32,000 bases of DNA from Bacteroidetes bacterium SW_9_63_38 (GTDB taxonomy: Bacteria; Bacteroidota; Rhodothermia; Rhodothermales; Salinibacteraceae). The DNA lies in the NCBI GenBank assembly GCA_003022435.1, contig PXUA01000019.1, forward strand, positions 283,427 through 315,426, in the 5' to 3' direction. The translations under genes and the position numbers were made by a program. Within the stretch, counting starts at the first letter, position 1. Each line of letters begins with the position of its first letter. Below, piece after piece: positions 1 through 7,761 of this stretch. The notes beneath the pieces are model-generated. The model was not told where the DNA came from. It ran no database searches and worked only from the letters and a program-made list of their open reading frames with translations.

Positions 1-1
1 G

Positions 2-2245
2 GCGCTGTGCGACGAGCAGCGGGCCGTGGTGACGGAGCTACTCTCCGGCGAGGAAGCGGCCCCGCTCCTTCGGGCGCTGGATGCGGACGTGGACGACGTG
101 GACGACGTGCTGCGGGCCACGCGGCTCATGAGCACCGCCCCTTCCACGGCCCGCGACCTCATTGCTGGCTACGGGGAGCTCTGGTCGGCGCGTCTTCTGG
201 CGGGCGTTTTGCATGCGCGCGGAGTCTCGGCGGCAGCCTGTAATGCGCGCGACGTGCTGGTCGTGGAGCACGGCAAGCTCGGGCCAGTGGTCAACTGGGA
301 GAAGACGCGTGCTCGCTTTGCCGAGTGGCGGGCCGAAATGGGCGCCGACGTGTACGTCATCACCGGCTTCATCGCCTCCACGCCCGACGGCGTTCCCACG
401 ACCCTCGGACGAAACGGCTCCGACTACTCCGCCGCCATCTTCGCGGCGCTGCTGGACGCTCAGGATCTCAATATCTGGACGGATACGGACGGCGTGATGA
501 GCGCCGATCCCCGCTACGTGCCCGACGCCCAGACGCTCGACGCCCTCACCTACGAGGAGGCCATGGAGCTGGCCTACTTCGGCGCGCGGGTCATTCATCC
601 CCGCACCATGGCTCCGGCCATCGACCACGAGATTCCCATCACGATCCGAAACACCTTTGCCCCCGAGGAACCGGGCACGCAAATCCACCTGGAGAGCAAC
701 GGGGAGCCGTCCGTTGTGAAAGGATTTTCGACGGTCGACAACGTGGCGCTTCTCAACCTGGAGGGCACGGGCATGATCGGAGTCCCGGGCATTGCACGAC
801 GACTCTTCGATGCCCTCGAGGACGAAAACATTTCGGTGATTCTCATCTCGCAGGGGAGCTCGGAGCACTCCATCTGCTTTGCGGTACCGCAGGAGCAGGC
901 CGACGCCGCCCGCGCAGCGACCGAGCAGGCCTTCTACGCCGAGATGGACCGGGGCCAGATCGAACGGGTGGAGGTCGCGTCCGACTGTAGCATACTGGCG
1001 GTGATCGGCGATCGTATGTCCGGCACACCAGGCGTGGCGTCGACGTTCTTCGGGGCCCTCGGCGACGCCGGGGTGAACGTGCGGTCCATCGCACAGGGGT
1101 CCTCGGAGCGCAACATCTCGGCGGTGGTGGACGGCGACGACGCGCAGCGCGCCCTCCGGGCTGTGCATGCCGGCTTCTACCTCTCGAAGCGGACGCTCTC
1201 GATCGGTGTCATCGGCGCCGGCAACGTTGGGGCCGCCCTTCTCGACCAGATTGGGGATCAGGTGGAGCGCCTGCGCGAGGAGCAGGACATCGACCTGCGC
1301 GTTCGAGGGGTCACGACCAGCAGCCGGATGGTTCGCGCCGAGCAGCGCATGGACCTCACGTCCTGGCGCGACCAGTTGGCCGACGGCGAGGAGGCCGATC
1401 TGGAGACTTTTGTGGACCACGTACAGACCGACTACCACCCACACACGGTCCTCGTGGACTGCACTGCGAGCGATCACGTCGCACAGCACTACGAAGAGTG
1501 GCTGGCGGACGGCATCCACGTGGTCACGCCCAACAAGCGGGCCAACACGGCGTCGATGGAGGTCTACGAAGGATTGAAGGCGGCCAGCCGAGGCACGCGG
1601 CCCGACTATTTGTACGAAACGACCGTTGGGGCGGGGTTGCCCATCGTCCAGACCCTGGAGAACCTTACCGAAACCGGAGACCGGGTGCATCACATAGAAG
1701 GCATTCTATCGGGCACGCTGTCGTATCTTTTCAACGCCTTCGACGGGGACCGCCCCTTTTCGGATATTCTGACGCAGGCGAAGGAGGAAGGCTTTACCGA
1801 GCCGGATCCGCGGGACGACCTTTCGGGAATGGATGTGGCCCGAAAAGTGGTAATTCTGGCCCGCGAGATGGGCCTGTCGCTGGAGCTGGACGATGTCGCG
1901 ATTGAAGGCCTCGTGCCCGACTCGCTGAAGGAGGGCACGGTGGAGGAGTTCTTGGAGCAGCTTCCGGAGCACGACGACGCGATGACCGACATTCTCCGGG
2001 ACGCCAAGGCAGAAGGCAAGGTCCTACGGTTTGTGGGGAGCGTAGAGCGAGACGGTACCGCCTCGGTGAAGCTGCGTCGCTACCCGACCGACCACGCCTT
2101 CGCCCGGATCAGCCACACCGACAACATCGTCCGCTTCCAGACGGACCGTTACCAGAAAAACCCGCTTATTGTGCAAGGACCGGGCGCAGGGCCGGAGGTC
2201 ACCGCGGCCGGCGTATTCGCCGATTTGCTCCGTCTCATGACATAG
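2..2245 (+). CDS. thrA: bifunctional aspartokinase / homoserine dehydrogenase, 5' end cut by the window edge
   Basis: The frame is open from base 2 to TAG at 2243-2245. The product has an amino-acid-kinase region ([30 protein letters not shown]), an ACT-like middle region, an NAD-binding [13 protein letters not shown] motif, and a homoserine dehydrogenase C-terminal domain ([32 protein letters not shown]). At about 740 aa visible it is roughly 80 aa short of typical ThrA, so the true start lies upstream of the window. Confidence 0.93.
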   Translation, partial: ALCDEQRAVVTELLSGEEAAPLLRALDADVDDVDDVLRATRLMSTAPSTARDLIAGYGELWSARLLAGVLHARGVSAAACNARDVLVVEHGKLGPVVNWEKTRARFAEWRAEMGADVYVITGFIASTPDGVPTTLGRNGSDYSAAIFAALLDAQDLNIWTDTDGVMSADPRYVPDAQTLDALTYEEAMELAYFGARVIHPRTMAPAIDHEIPITIRNTFAPEEPGTQIHLESNGEPSVVKGFSTVDNVALLNLEGTGMIGVPGIARRLFDALEDENISVILISQGSSEHSICFAVPQEQADAARAATEQAFYAEMDRGQIERVEVASDCSILAVIGDRMSGTPGVASTFFGALGDAGVNVRSIAQGSSERNISAVVDGDDAQRALRAVHAGFYLSKRTLSIGVIGAGNVGAALLDQIGDQVERLREEQDIDLRVRGVTTSSRMVRAEQRMDLTSWRDQLADGEEADLETFVDHVQTDYHPHTVLVDCTASDHVAQHYEEWLADGIHVVTPNKRANTASMEVYEGLKAASRGTRPDYLYETTVGAGLPIVQTLENLTETGDRVHHIEGILSGTLSYLFNAFDGDRPFSDILTQAKEEGFTEPDPRDDLSGMDVARKVVILAREMGLSLELDDVAIEGLVPDSLKEGTVEEFLEQLPEHDDAMTDILRDAKAEGKVLRFVGSVERDGTASVKLRRYPTDHAFARISHTDNIVRFQTDRYQKNPLIVQGPGAGPEVTAAGVFADLLRLMT

Positions 2246-2341
2246 TGCAGCTTCAACTGGTCCGTTGTGCAATCGAGATACCTCAAGCTGGAGCGTGGAG
2301 CAATAGCAAACTGCTTTCCCCAAAAGATCGTTTGAAGCTGC
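2243..2341 (+). repeat. MITE-like inverted-repeat element, copy A (97-bp core 2245-2341)
   Basis: 2245-2277 is identical to 20222-20254, and 2278-2341 matches 20278-20341 at 63/64 positions. The termini GTGCAGCTTCAA and TTGAAGCTGC are inverted repeats. No ORF. The left end overlaps the thrA TAG stop. Confidence 0.8.
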
Positions 2342-2396
2342 GATTAACCACTCGAACAACGGATCAGAGGAGGCAACGGTCTTTGCGCCCGCCTCC

Positions 2397-3308
2397 ATGG
2401 GCAACGTGGCCGTGGGCTACGACGTGCTGGGAAGCGTTCTCAACTGCATGGGGGACCGGGTCACGGTGCGGCGGCTGGACGATCCGACGGTGCGGATTGG
2501 GCGCATCACGGGCCGCGTGCCGGATCTGCCGACGGCGCCCGCCGACAACACAGCCACGAAGGCGCTGCTCGATTTGCAGGCGGCACACCACCTCGACACC
2601 GGGTTCGAGGTGGATATCGAAAAGGGCATCCCGCTCGGGTCGGGCCTCGGGGGATCGGCGGCCTCGGCGGTCGGGGCGGTCGTAGCGGCGGCGGAGCTTC
2701 TGCCCGGAGAGTGGACGGAGGAGGATCTGCTTCCGCACGCGCTGATCGGAGAGGAGGTGGCCAGCGGGGCGATTCACCCGGACAATGTGGCGCCCTGCCT
2801 GTACGGCGGGCTGGTACTCACGCGCGAGATCGATCCGCCCGACGTGGTCCCGATTCCGGTTCCCGAGAGCATTCAGTGTGTGCTCGTGCGCCCCGATCAG
2901 GTGATCGCTACTCGCGATGCTCGCGCGTGCCTGCCGACCGAGCTTCCGCTTCCCGAATCGGTGCGCCAAACCGCCCACCTGGGCGCGTTCGTGGCGGGAT
3001 GCTACCGCAACGACATCGGGCTGATCGGCCGGTCCCTCCGCGACCTCATCGTGGAGCCGCACCGGGCGGGCCTCGTGCCCGGCCTCGCGGAGGTGCAGTC
3101 GGCGGCGATGGAGGCGGGAGCGCTCGGATGCTCGCTCTCCGGAGCGGGGCCGACCCTGTTTGCCTGGAGCGAAGCCGGAACCACGACCGAGGCGGTCCGC
3201 GAGGCCATGGTGTCGGCGTTCGCGGGGCACGACATTCCGACGGAAGCGTGGGTCTCGCGGATTCCGGAGCAGGGGGCGCGGATCGTGGAGCCTACGCCGG
3301 CGCAGTAA
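2397..3308 (+). CDS. thrB: homoserine kinase (GHMP kinase family)
   Basis: GHMP motif PLGSGLGGSAASAV is present, and the N-terminal GNVAVGYDVLG matches the ThrB consensus. The conserved first strand (VFAPAS) is encoded in-frame upstream of the first ATG, at 2379-2396. The real start is therefore probably non-canonical, near 2376 (see findings). Confidence 0.9.
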   Translation: MGNVAVGYDVLGSVLNCMGDRVTVRRLDDPTVRIGRITGRVPDLPTAPADNTATKALLDLQAAHHLDTGFEVDIEKGIPLGSGLGGSAASAVGAVVAAAELLPGEWTEEDLLPHALIGEEVASGAIHPDNVAPCLYGGLVLTREIDPPDVVPIPVPESIQCVLVRPDQVIATRDARACLPTELPLPESVRQTAHLGAFVAGCYRNDIGLIGRSLRDLIVEPHRAGLVPGLAEVQSAAMEAGALGCSLSGAGPTLFAWSEAGTTTEAVREAMVSAFAGHDIPTEAWVSRIPEQGARIVEPTPAQ

Positions 3309-3363
3309 GTCGGCTTCCGAGGAACGAAACCTGCCGCCGCAGATGAGTATGGGTTGTCTCGCT

Positions 3364-3391
3364 TTACGTTGAACGTTTGAACGTTGTACGT
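3364..3391. repeat. CGTT array with 7-8 nt period (4 units)
   Basis: ttACGTTgaACGTTtgaACGTTgtACGT has CGT at 3367, 3374, 3382 and 3389. It lies between the convergent thrB and xseB genes. Confidence 0.6.
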
Positions 3392-3392
3392 C

Positions 3393-3590
3393 CTAGTCAT
3401 CGCTGATCGAGAGCTCACTCACGCGCTGCTCCGCGTCGTTCAGGCGAGAGAGGCACTCGTTGGCGAGCTCGACCCCTTCCTCATAGGTATCCAGCGCTTC
3501 TCCCAGGGAGGGGGGATCGTCTTCGAGCGATTCAACGATCTCTTCGAGTCGGTTGAGGGCGTCTTCAAAAGAGTGGTTGTCGGTGGCCAT
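3393..3590 (-). CDS. xseB: exodeoxyribonuclease VII small subunit
   Basis: 65-aa product with the typical XseB sequence FEDALNRLEEIVESLEDDPPSLGEALDTYEEGVELANECLSRLNDAEQRV. ATG at 3590. Confidence 0.93.
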   Translation of the reverse strand: MATDNHSFEDALNRLEEIVESLEDDPPSLGEALDTYEEGVELANECLSRLNDAEQRVSELSISDD

Positions 3591-3825
3591 AGGGCGAGTC
3601 GATTCGTTGGGATGTGCGGAATATGAGAGGTAGGGCAGCGGCGGCGGTTTGTCAAGCGTCGCGGGGCGTTTCTGCCGTTTTGCACAGATCCGTCACCTTC
3701 GGTCCCGGACCTGTCCAAATGATCTGAAAATTCGGCGTGGCGGTGAGGGCGGGTGGACGCTTTCAGGGGTGCTCGCTACGTTCAAGTATACATGCTTTCA
3801 TCTTATTGTCAGACTACCGACCCTC

Positions 3826-4599
3826 ATGGATCTCGGATTACAGGATCGCGTTGCCATCGTCACCGGTGCCAGTCAGGGCATTGGCAAGTATATCGCTCAG
3901 GCCCTCGCGCGTGAAGGATGTGACATTGCCATCTGTGCCCGCACCGAGTCGGATCTGGAGGACGCAGCGGCGGAGATTGAAGACGAGGGGACTGAGGTGT
4001 TGGCGCTGCCGATGGATGTGACCGACGACGGCGAGCCGGAGCGGCTGGTGGAGGAAACCGCCGAGAAATTCGGCCGCATCGATACGTACGTCGGCAACGT
4101 GGGCGGCAACCGGCGCGGTGATTTTGAGGAGCTGTCCGACGAGGACTGGGAGGACCTCATCAATCTCAACTTTATGTCGCACGTCCGCGTCAGCCGGGCG
4201 GCCATTCCGCACATGAAGGAGGTGGACGGCGCCTCGATTTGCTACATTTCGTCCATCTTCGGGCGGGAACTGGGCGGTGCGGGCCTGTCGCTCTACAACA
4301 CCACCAAGTCGGCGCTCATCAGCGTGAGCAAGGTCATGGCCCAGGAGCTGGCGCCGGAGATTCGCGTAAATAGCGTCGCACCGGGCTCGATTCGGTTTCC
4401 GGGCGGCAGCTGGGATCAGCGTGTGAAGGAGAAGCCGGACGAGATGGAGGAATTCGTCCGGGAGAACATCGCCATTGAGCGGTTTGGGCGCGCGACGGAG
4501 GTGGCCGACGCCGTGACCTTCCTCTGCTCCGAGCGGGCCAGCCTCATCACCGGTTCGTGCATCAACGTGGACGGGGGCCAGTCGCACTCGCTCATTTAG
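3826..4599 (+). CDS. short-chain dehydrogenase/reductase (classical SDR, FabG-like)
   Basis: TGASQGIG cofactor motif, YNTTK (YxxxK) catalytic motif and NSVAPG. I chose the ATG at 3826 (MDLGLQDRVAIVTGAS) because the 59-codon upstream extension of the ORF track has no SDR-like sequence. Confidence 0.9.
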   Translation: MDLGLQDRVAIVTGASQGIGKYIAQALAREGCDIAICARTESDLEDAAAEIEDEGTEVLALPMDVTDDGEPERLVEETAEKFGRIDTYVGNVGGNRRGDFEELSDEDWEDLINLNFMSHVRVSRAAIPHMKEVDGASICYISSIFGRELGGAGLSLYNTTKSALISVSKVMAQELAPEIRVNSVAPGSIRFPGGSWDQRVKEKPDEMEEFVRENIAIERFGRATEVADAVTFLCSERASLITGSCINVDGGQSHSLI

Positions 4600-4692
4600 G
4601 TGTGTGTGTACGTTGTGGGTTGTGCGTTGTGGGTTGTGCGTTTTTGCGTTGTACGTTGTTACGTTGAGCGTCTGCACGTTGAGCGTTGCGGG
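4600..4692. repeat. degenerate CGTTG heptad/octad tandem array (about 11-13 units)
   Basis: (GT)5 is followed by CGTTGTGGGTTGTG repeated twice perfectly (4611-4638). The array continues as CGTTTTTG CGTTGTA CGTTGTTA CGTTGAG CGTCTGCA CGTTGAG CGTTGCG. CG positions are 4611, 4625, 4639, 4647, 4654, 4662, 4669, 4677 and 4684. Confidence 0.75.
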
Positions 4693-4889
4693 GGTAGGGA
4701 TTTGGTCACTGGTTCGGCGAGGACCGTCATCGGTGCGTGCGAGGGCAAACGCGGAACTGGGATGTTCACAAACGCCCCAACGCACATACACCCATACTCC
4801 TATACCGACATACATTTCACGGCACAGTGGGGAGGAGAGGCCCATGAGCCGCCCCCTTTGTGGAAGAGCCGTACCTGTCCCGGCCGCCC

Positions 4890-7697
4890 CTATCCTTCGC
4901 AGTTCTTGCAGCCCAGAATGTCGCGGGAGAAGGCCTGGGCGGCATTCACGCCGTGCTGGTAGTACAGGCTCTTGATGCCCGTTTTCCAGGCTTCGATGTA
5001 CAGACGGTTGACGTCCTTGGCGGGCGTTGCGTTCGGGTCGATGGCCAGGTTCAGCGACTGCGACTGGTCGATGTGGGTTTGCCGGGCGGCCGCCTGATTG
5101 ATGATGGCCATCTGGCTGATTTCGCTGAACGTCTTGAACACCTCCTTCTCGTGCTCGCTGAGAATGTCGAGGTGTTGCACCGAGCCGTCGCGCAGGGCAA
5201 TTTGCTCCCACACCTCGTCGGTGTTTTTGCTCTTCTCGTCCAGCAGGGCTGTCAGGTACGGATTCTTGTAGGTGACCTTCATCTTGGCCCGGTCCTGCAC
5301 GTGGTAGTTGCTCTTGATGGGCTCGATGGACGGGCTCACCTGCCCCAGGATGAAGCTGCTCGACTTGGTGGGGGCCACCGCCATGGTCGTCGCGTTGCGC
5401 CGTCCGCAGCCCTCCAGGACCGGCGGCTCGCCGAACCGGTCGGCCAGCTCCGCAGAGGCCGCGTACGACCGGTCCTTGATCGTCTTGGCGATGTCCGCGC
5501 CGATCGTCGTGGCCTCCGCCGACTCGAACGGGATCATATTCGACTGCAGGTAGGAGTGCCAGCCCAGGATGCCGATCCCGATCGCTCGGTGCCGCTTCGC
5601 AAAGCGAACGGCCCGGTCCATATGGGCCATGCCCTCGGCGCCCTCAATGAACTCTTGCATCACTGCGTCGAGGAAGTAGGTGAGCGTCTCCACCGCGTTG
5701 GTGTGCTTCCACTCGTCGAAGTGGAGGGCATTCATCGACGACAGGCAGCAGACAAAGCTCTCGTCCGGGCCGCATGGAAGCGCGATTTCGGAGCAGTTGA
5801 ACGTCAATACCCCCTGCGAGACAAACACGCTTTCGTCCGTTTCCGTCGTTGGGCAGTAAACGGGCTCGGTGCCTACATGCTCAATCTCAACAACCTCGTA
5901 GGCTTTCTTCGTATTGTCGCGGTAGTGGCGCCTCTCAAGTTCAATGCCCTTTCGGCTGAGAAAGCCAGTATACTTCTCGATTTCCAGGGCGGCGTTTTTG
6001 TTGCCGACGATGAGCCGGTAGCAGTCCTGGACTCTGTATTCGTCGTTCCTGCCTTTTCCGTTTGGAAGCATTTTCGAACCTCCCTCTTGGAGAAGGCGGA
6101 TCTGAGAACTGAGCCCGAGATTGTTGAAAAGAAGCTGAAGCTCCTGGAGAAAGTCGCGGTCGACATCGGCATAATTGATCTGGATCGGGTTGCCCCGGCT
6201 TTCAGACATGTGGACGCTGCCGTCTGCAACAAGCAGACCGCGCACATACGACCACTGCGTGTCCTCGTCGGATTCCCAGATCCATTCAGGTACGGCGCCT
6301 TTTTCGAAACCGAGCTTTGTGAGAGCGGTGGTGCTTAGACGCTTTTTGGCGTCGTTGGAGTGGCTCGCTTGTACGTCGCGGAACGTCGGGACTTCGCGGC
6401 GACGGGTCGCGGTCGTGGTTCCGTGCTGATTCGAGACTGCGTAGGTGTCGAAGCCATGCGTCTCGTAGACGTGATCGAGGGGGGTCTCCACCTCTTCCAC
6501 AATGTCGAAGTCCGACTCCCACACGTCGATCATCTTCCGATCCTCGTGCTGGGTGCCGTCAGATTGCCATAGGCCGAGCAGAAACGCTTCATCCGGCATG
6601 TGACGGTTCCCGAACAAGCCCTTGTTCTTCTGAATGACGATGCGATCCCCAATCTCGAGGTTTTGGGCGTCCTCTCGGTGATATTCGCCCTGGCCGTCAT
6701 AAACGGGAATTCCATGATAGGCCGTCACTTTTTGCTCCAGTCCGTTGTCGAGTGTGATCCGGTACACATCTGCCTCCTCCTCGCGAAGCTTCATCCGTGA
6801 GGCGCTGATCGCCTTTTCTCCGTCGAAGAGCGTAAGGGCGTCTCCTTCTTCGTGCAGGTCCTCCGCCGTCTTGTACCCACGGTCGGTGACGACACGCTGA
6901 TCGCCGGCAAGACAGAGGTTGCTCGCGTGCACGTCGTAGCCCTGGTCCTTGTAGACCTGCGGCCGCCCGTCCTGCACGTTGCCGCGAAAAAGAATGTAGG
7001 GGATGCCGAGGTTCATGCGCTGCTCGATCACCCGCGCCCAGAGGTCGCGCTTTTCGGTGTCGCCGTCAATCATCGCTTCCATCCAGTCGTCGCCCACCAC
7101 GACCCCATACATCATGGTCTGGATGGCGTCGCCCTCGGTTTGGATGTTGAGCCACTCCTCGATGTCGGGGTGTTCGATGTCGATGTAGCCGGCGAAGTGG
7201 CCGCGGCGCGTCTCGCCCTGGCTCACGACATTGATCACCGTGTCGAACAGCTGGGCGAAGGGATAGGTGCCGTTGGAGGTGCCGTTGTTGGTAATGGGGG
7301 CGCCGCGGGGGCGGATGTCGCCGAAGTAGCCGCTGGTGCCGCCGCCCACCTTCGTCATCATGCCCACTTCCGCGTGGGTGTCGAGGATGGAGGTCATCGT
7401 ATCCTCAAAATAGGAGCCGAAGCAGGAGATCGGCAGGCCGCGGTCGAGGCCGAAGTTGGCCCACACGGGACTGGCGAGGCTGTAGTAGCCCCGGCTCATG
7501 TACTCGTAGAAGCGGTCGGCAAAGCCGTCGATCTCGAGGATCGACTCGGCGTGCTCGGCAATCTCGCGCACGCGCTCCGTCGGACCGGTGTCGTCGAGCA
7601 GGTAGCCGCGGCGGAGAAACGTTCGGGCATCGTCATTGAGCCAGGCGAAGTCGGTGGAGGAGTCGGTGTGAGGGGCGGAAAGGGTGTCCGGAGACAT
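4890..7697 (-). CDS. nrdA: ribonucleotide-diphosphate reductase alpha subunit, intein-containing (935-aa precursor, about 562-aa spliced extein, no ATP-cone)
   Basis: The extein junction restores the class I active-site motif ASNL|CSEIALP (SNLCxEI). The C-terminal part matches RNR large subunits, with a terminal CKNCEG Cys pair. An R2 gene lies immediately upstream on the same strand. Confidence 0.95.
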   Translation of the reverse strand: MSPDTLSAPHTDSSTDFAWLNDDARTFLRRGYLLDDTGPTERVREIAEHAESILEIDGFADRFYEYMSRGYYSLASPVWANFGLDRGLPISCFGSYFEDTMTSILDTHAEVGMMTKVGGGTSGYFGDIRPRGAPITNNGTSNGTYPFAQLFDTVINVVSQGETRRGHFAGYIDIEHPDIEEWLNIQTEGDAIQTMMYGVVVGDDWMEAMIDGDTEKRDLWARVIEQRMNLGIPYILFRGNVQDGRPQVYKDQGYDVHASNLCLAGDQRVVTDRGYKTAEDLHEEGDALTLFDGEKAISASRMKLREEEADVYRITLDNGLEQKVTAYHGIPVYDGQGEYHREDAQNLEIGDRIVIQKNKGLFGNRHMPDEAFLLGLWQSDGTQHEDRKMIDVWESDFDIVEEVETPLDHVYETHGFDTYAVSNQHGTTTATRRREVPTFRDVQASHSNDAKKRLSTTALTKLGFEKGAVPEWIWESDEDTQWSYVRGLLVADGSVHMSESRGNPIQINYADVDRDFLQELQLLFNNLGLSSQIRLLQEGGSKMLPNGKGRNDEYRVQDCYRLIVGNKNAALEIEKYTGFLSRKGIELERRHYRDNTKKAYEVVEIEHVGTEPVYCPTTETDESVFVSQGVLTFNCSEIALPCGPDESFVCCLSSMNALHFDEWKHTNAVETLTYFLDAVMQEFIEGAEGMAHMDRAVRFAKRHRAIGIGILGWHSYLQSNMIPFESAEATTIGADIAKTIKDRSYAASAELADRFGEPPVLEGCGRRNATTMAVAPTKSSSFILGQVSPSIEPIKSNYHVQDRAKMKVTYKNPYLTALLDEKSKNTDEVWEQIALRDGSVQHLDILSEHEKEVFKTFSEISQMAIINQAAARQTHIDQSQSLNLAIDPNATPAKDVNRLYIEAWKTGIKSLYYQHGVNAAQAFSRDILGCKNCEG
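5796..6914 (-). mobile_element. intein (373 aa) with LAGLIDADG homing-endonuclease domain, inserted at the RNR catalytic Cys
   Basis: It starts at CLAGDQRVV (Cys262; codon 6914-6912 is aca, reverse complement tgt). It contains a block-B TxxH (VTAYHG) and two dodecapeptide motifs, FLLGLWQSDG and YVRGLLVADG. It ends at VLTFN, followed by the +1 Cys (CSEIALP). G+C is visibly lower than in the flanking extein DNA. Confidence 0.9.
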
Positions 7698-7761
7698 AGT
7701 AGGTGTATGGGACCAGCAGAGAGAAGGAGAAGGAAGAGAGAATCCGGCGTGGGGGAGGAGA

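Noticed and set aside
38-1693. 551-aa ORF antisense to thrA, plus several shorter overlapping ORFs between 7 and 2404.
   Set aside because: These are shadow ORFs typical of high-GC DNA. The products are Arg/Gly/Pro/Ala-rich low-complexity sequence with no motifs, whereas the + frame encodes a textbook aspartokinase/homoserine dehydrogenase.
3649-3825. N-terminal extensions offered by the ORF track: 3649-3825, 8734-8934, 11956-12285, 12387-12506, 19992-20279, 24501-24740 and 28325-28375.
   Set aside because: The family-conserved sequence begins at an internal ATG in each case. The extensions are low-complexity and run through a riboswitch platform, the MITE copy or repeat arrays. Several begin with GTG or TTG.
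4600-4692. Possibility that the tandem arrays (4600-4692, 24511-24558, 26281-26322, 27284-27329) are CRISPR arrays.
   Set aside because: The units are 7-16 bp and contiguous, with no unique spacers of 25-40 bp. There are no cas genes in the window.
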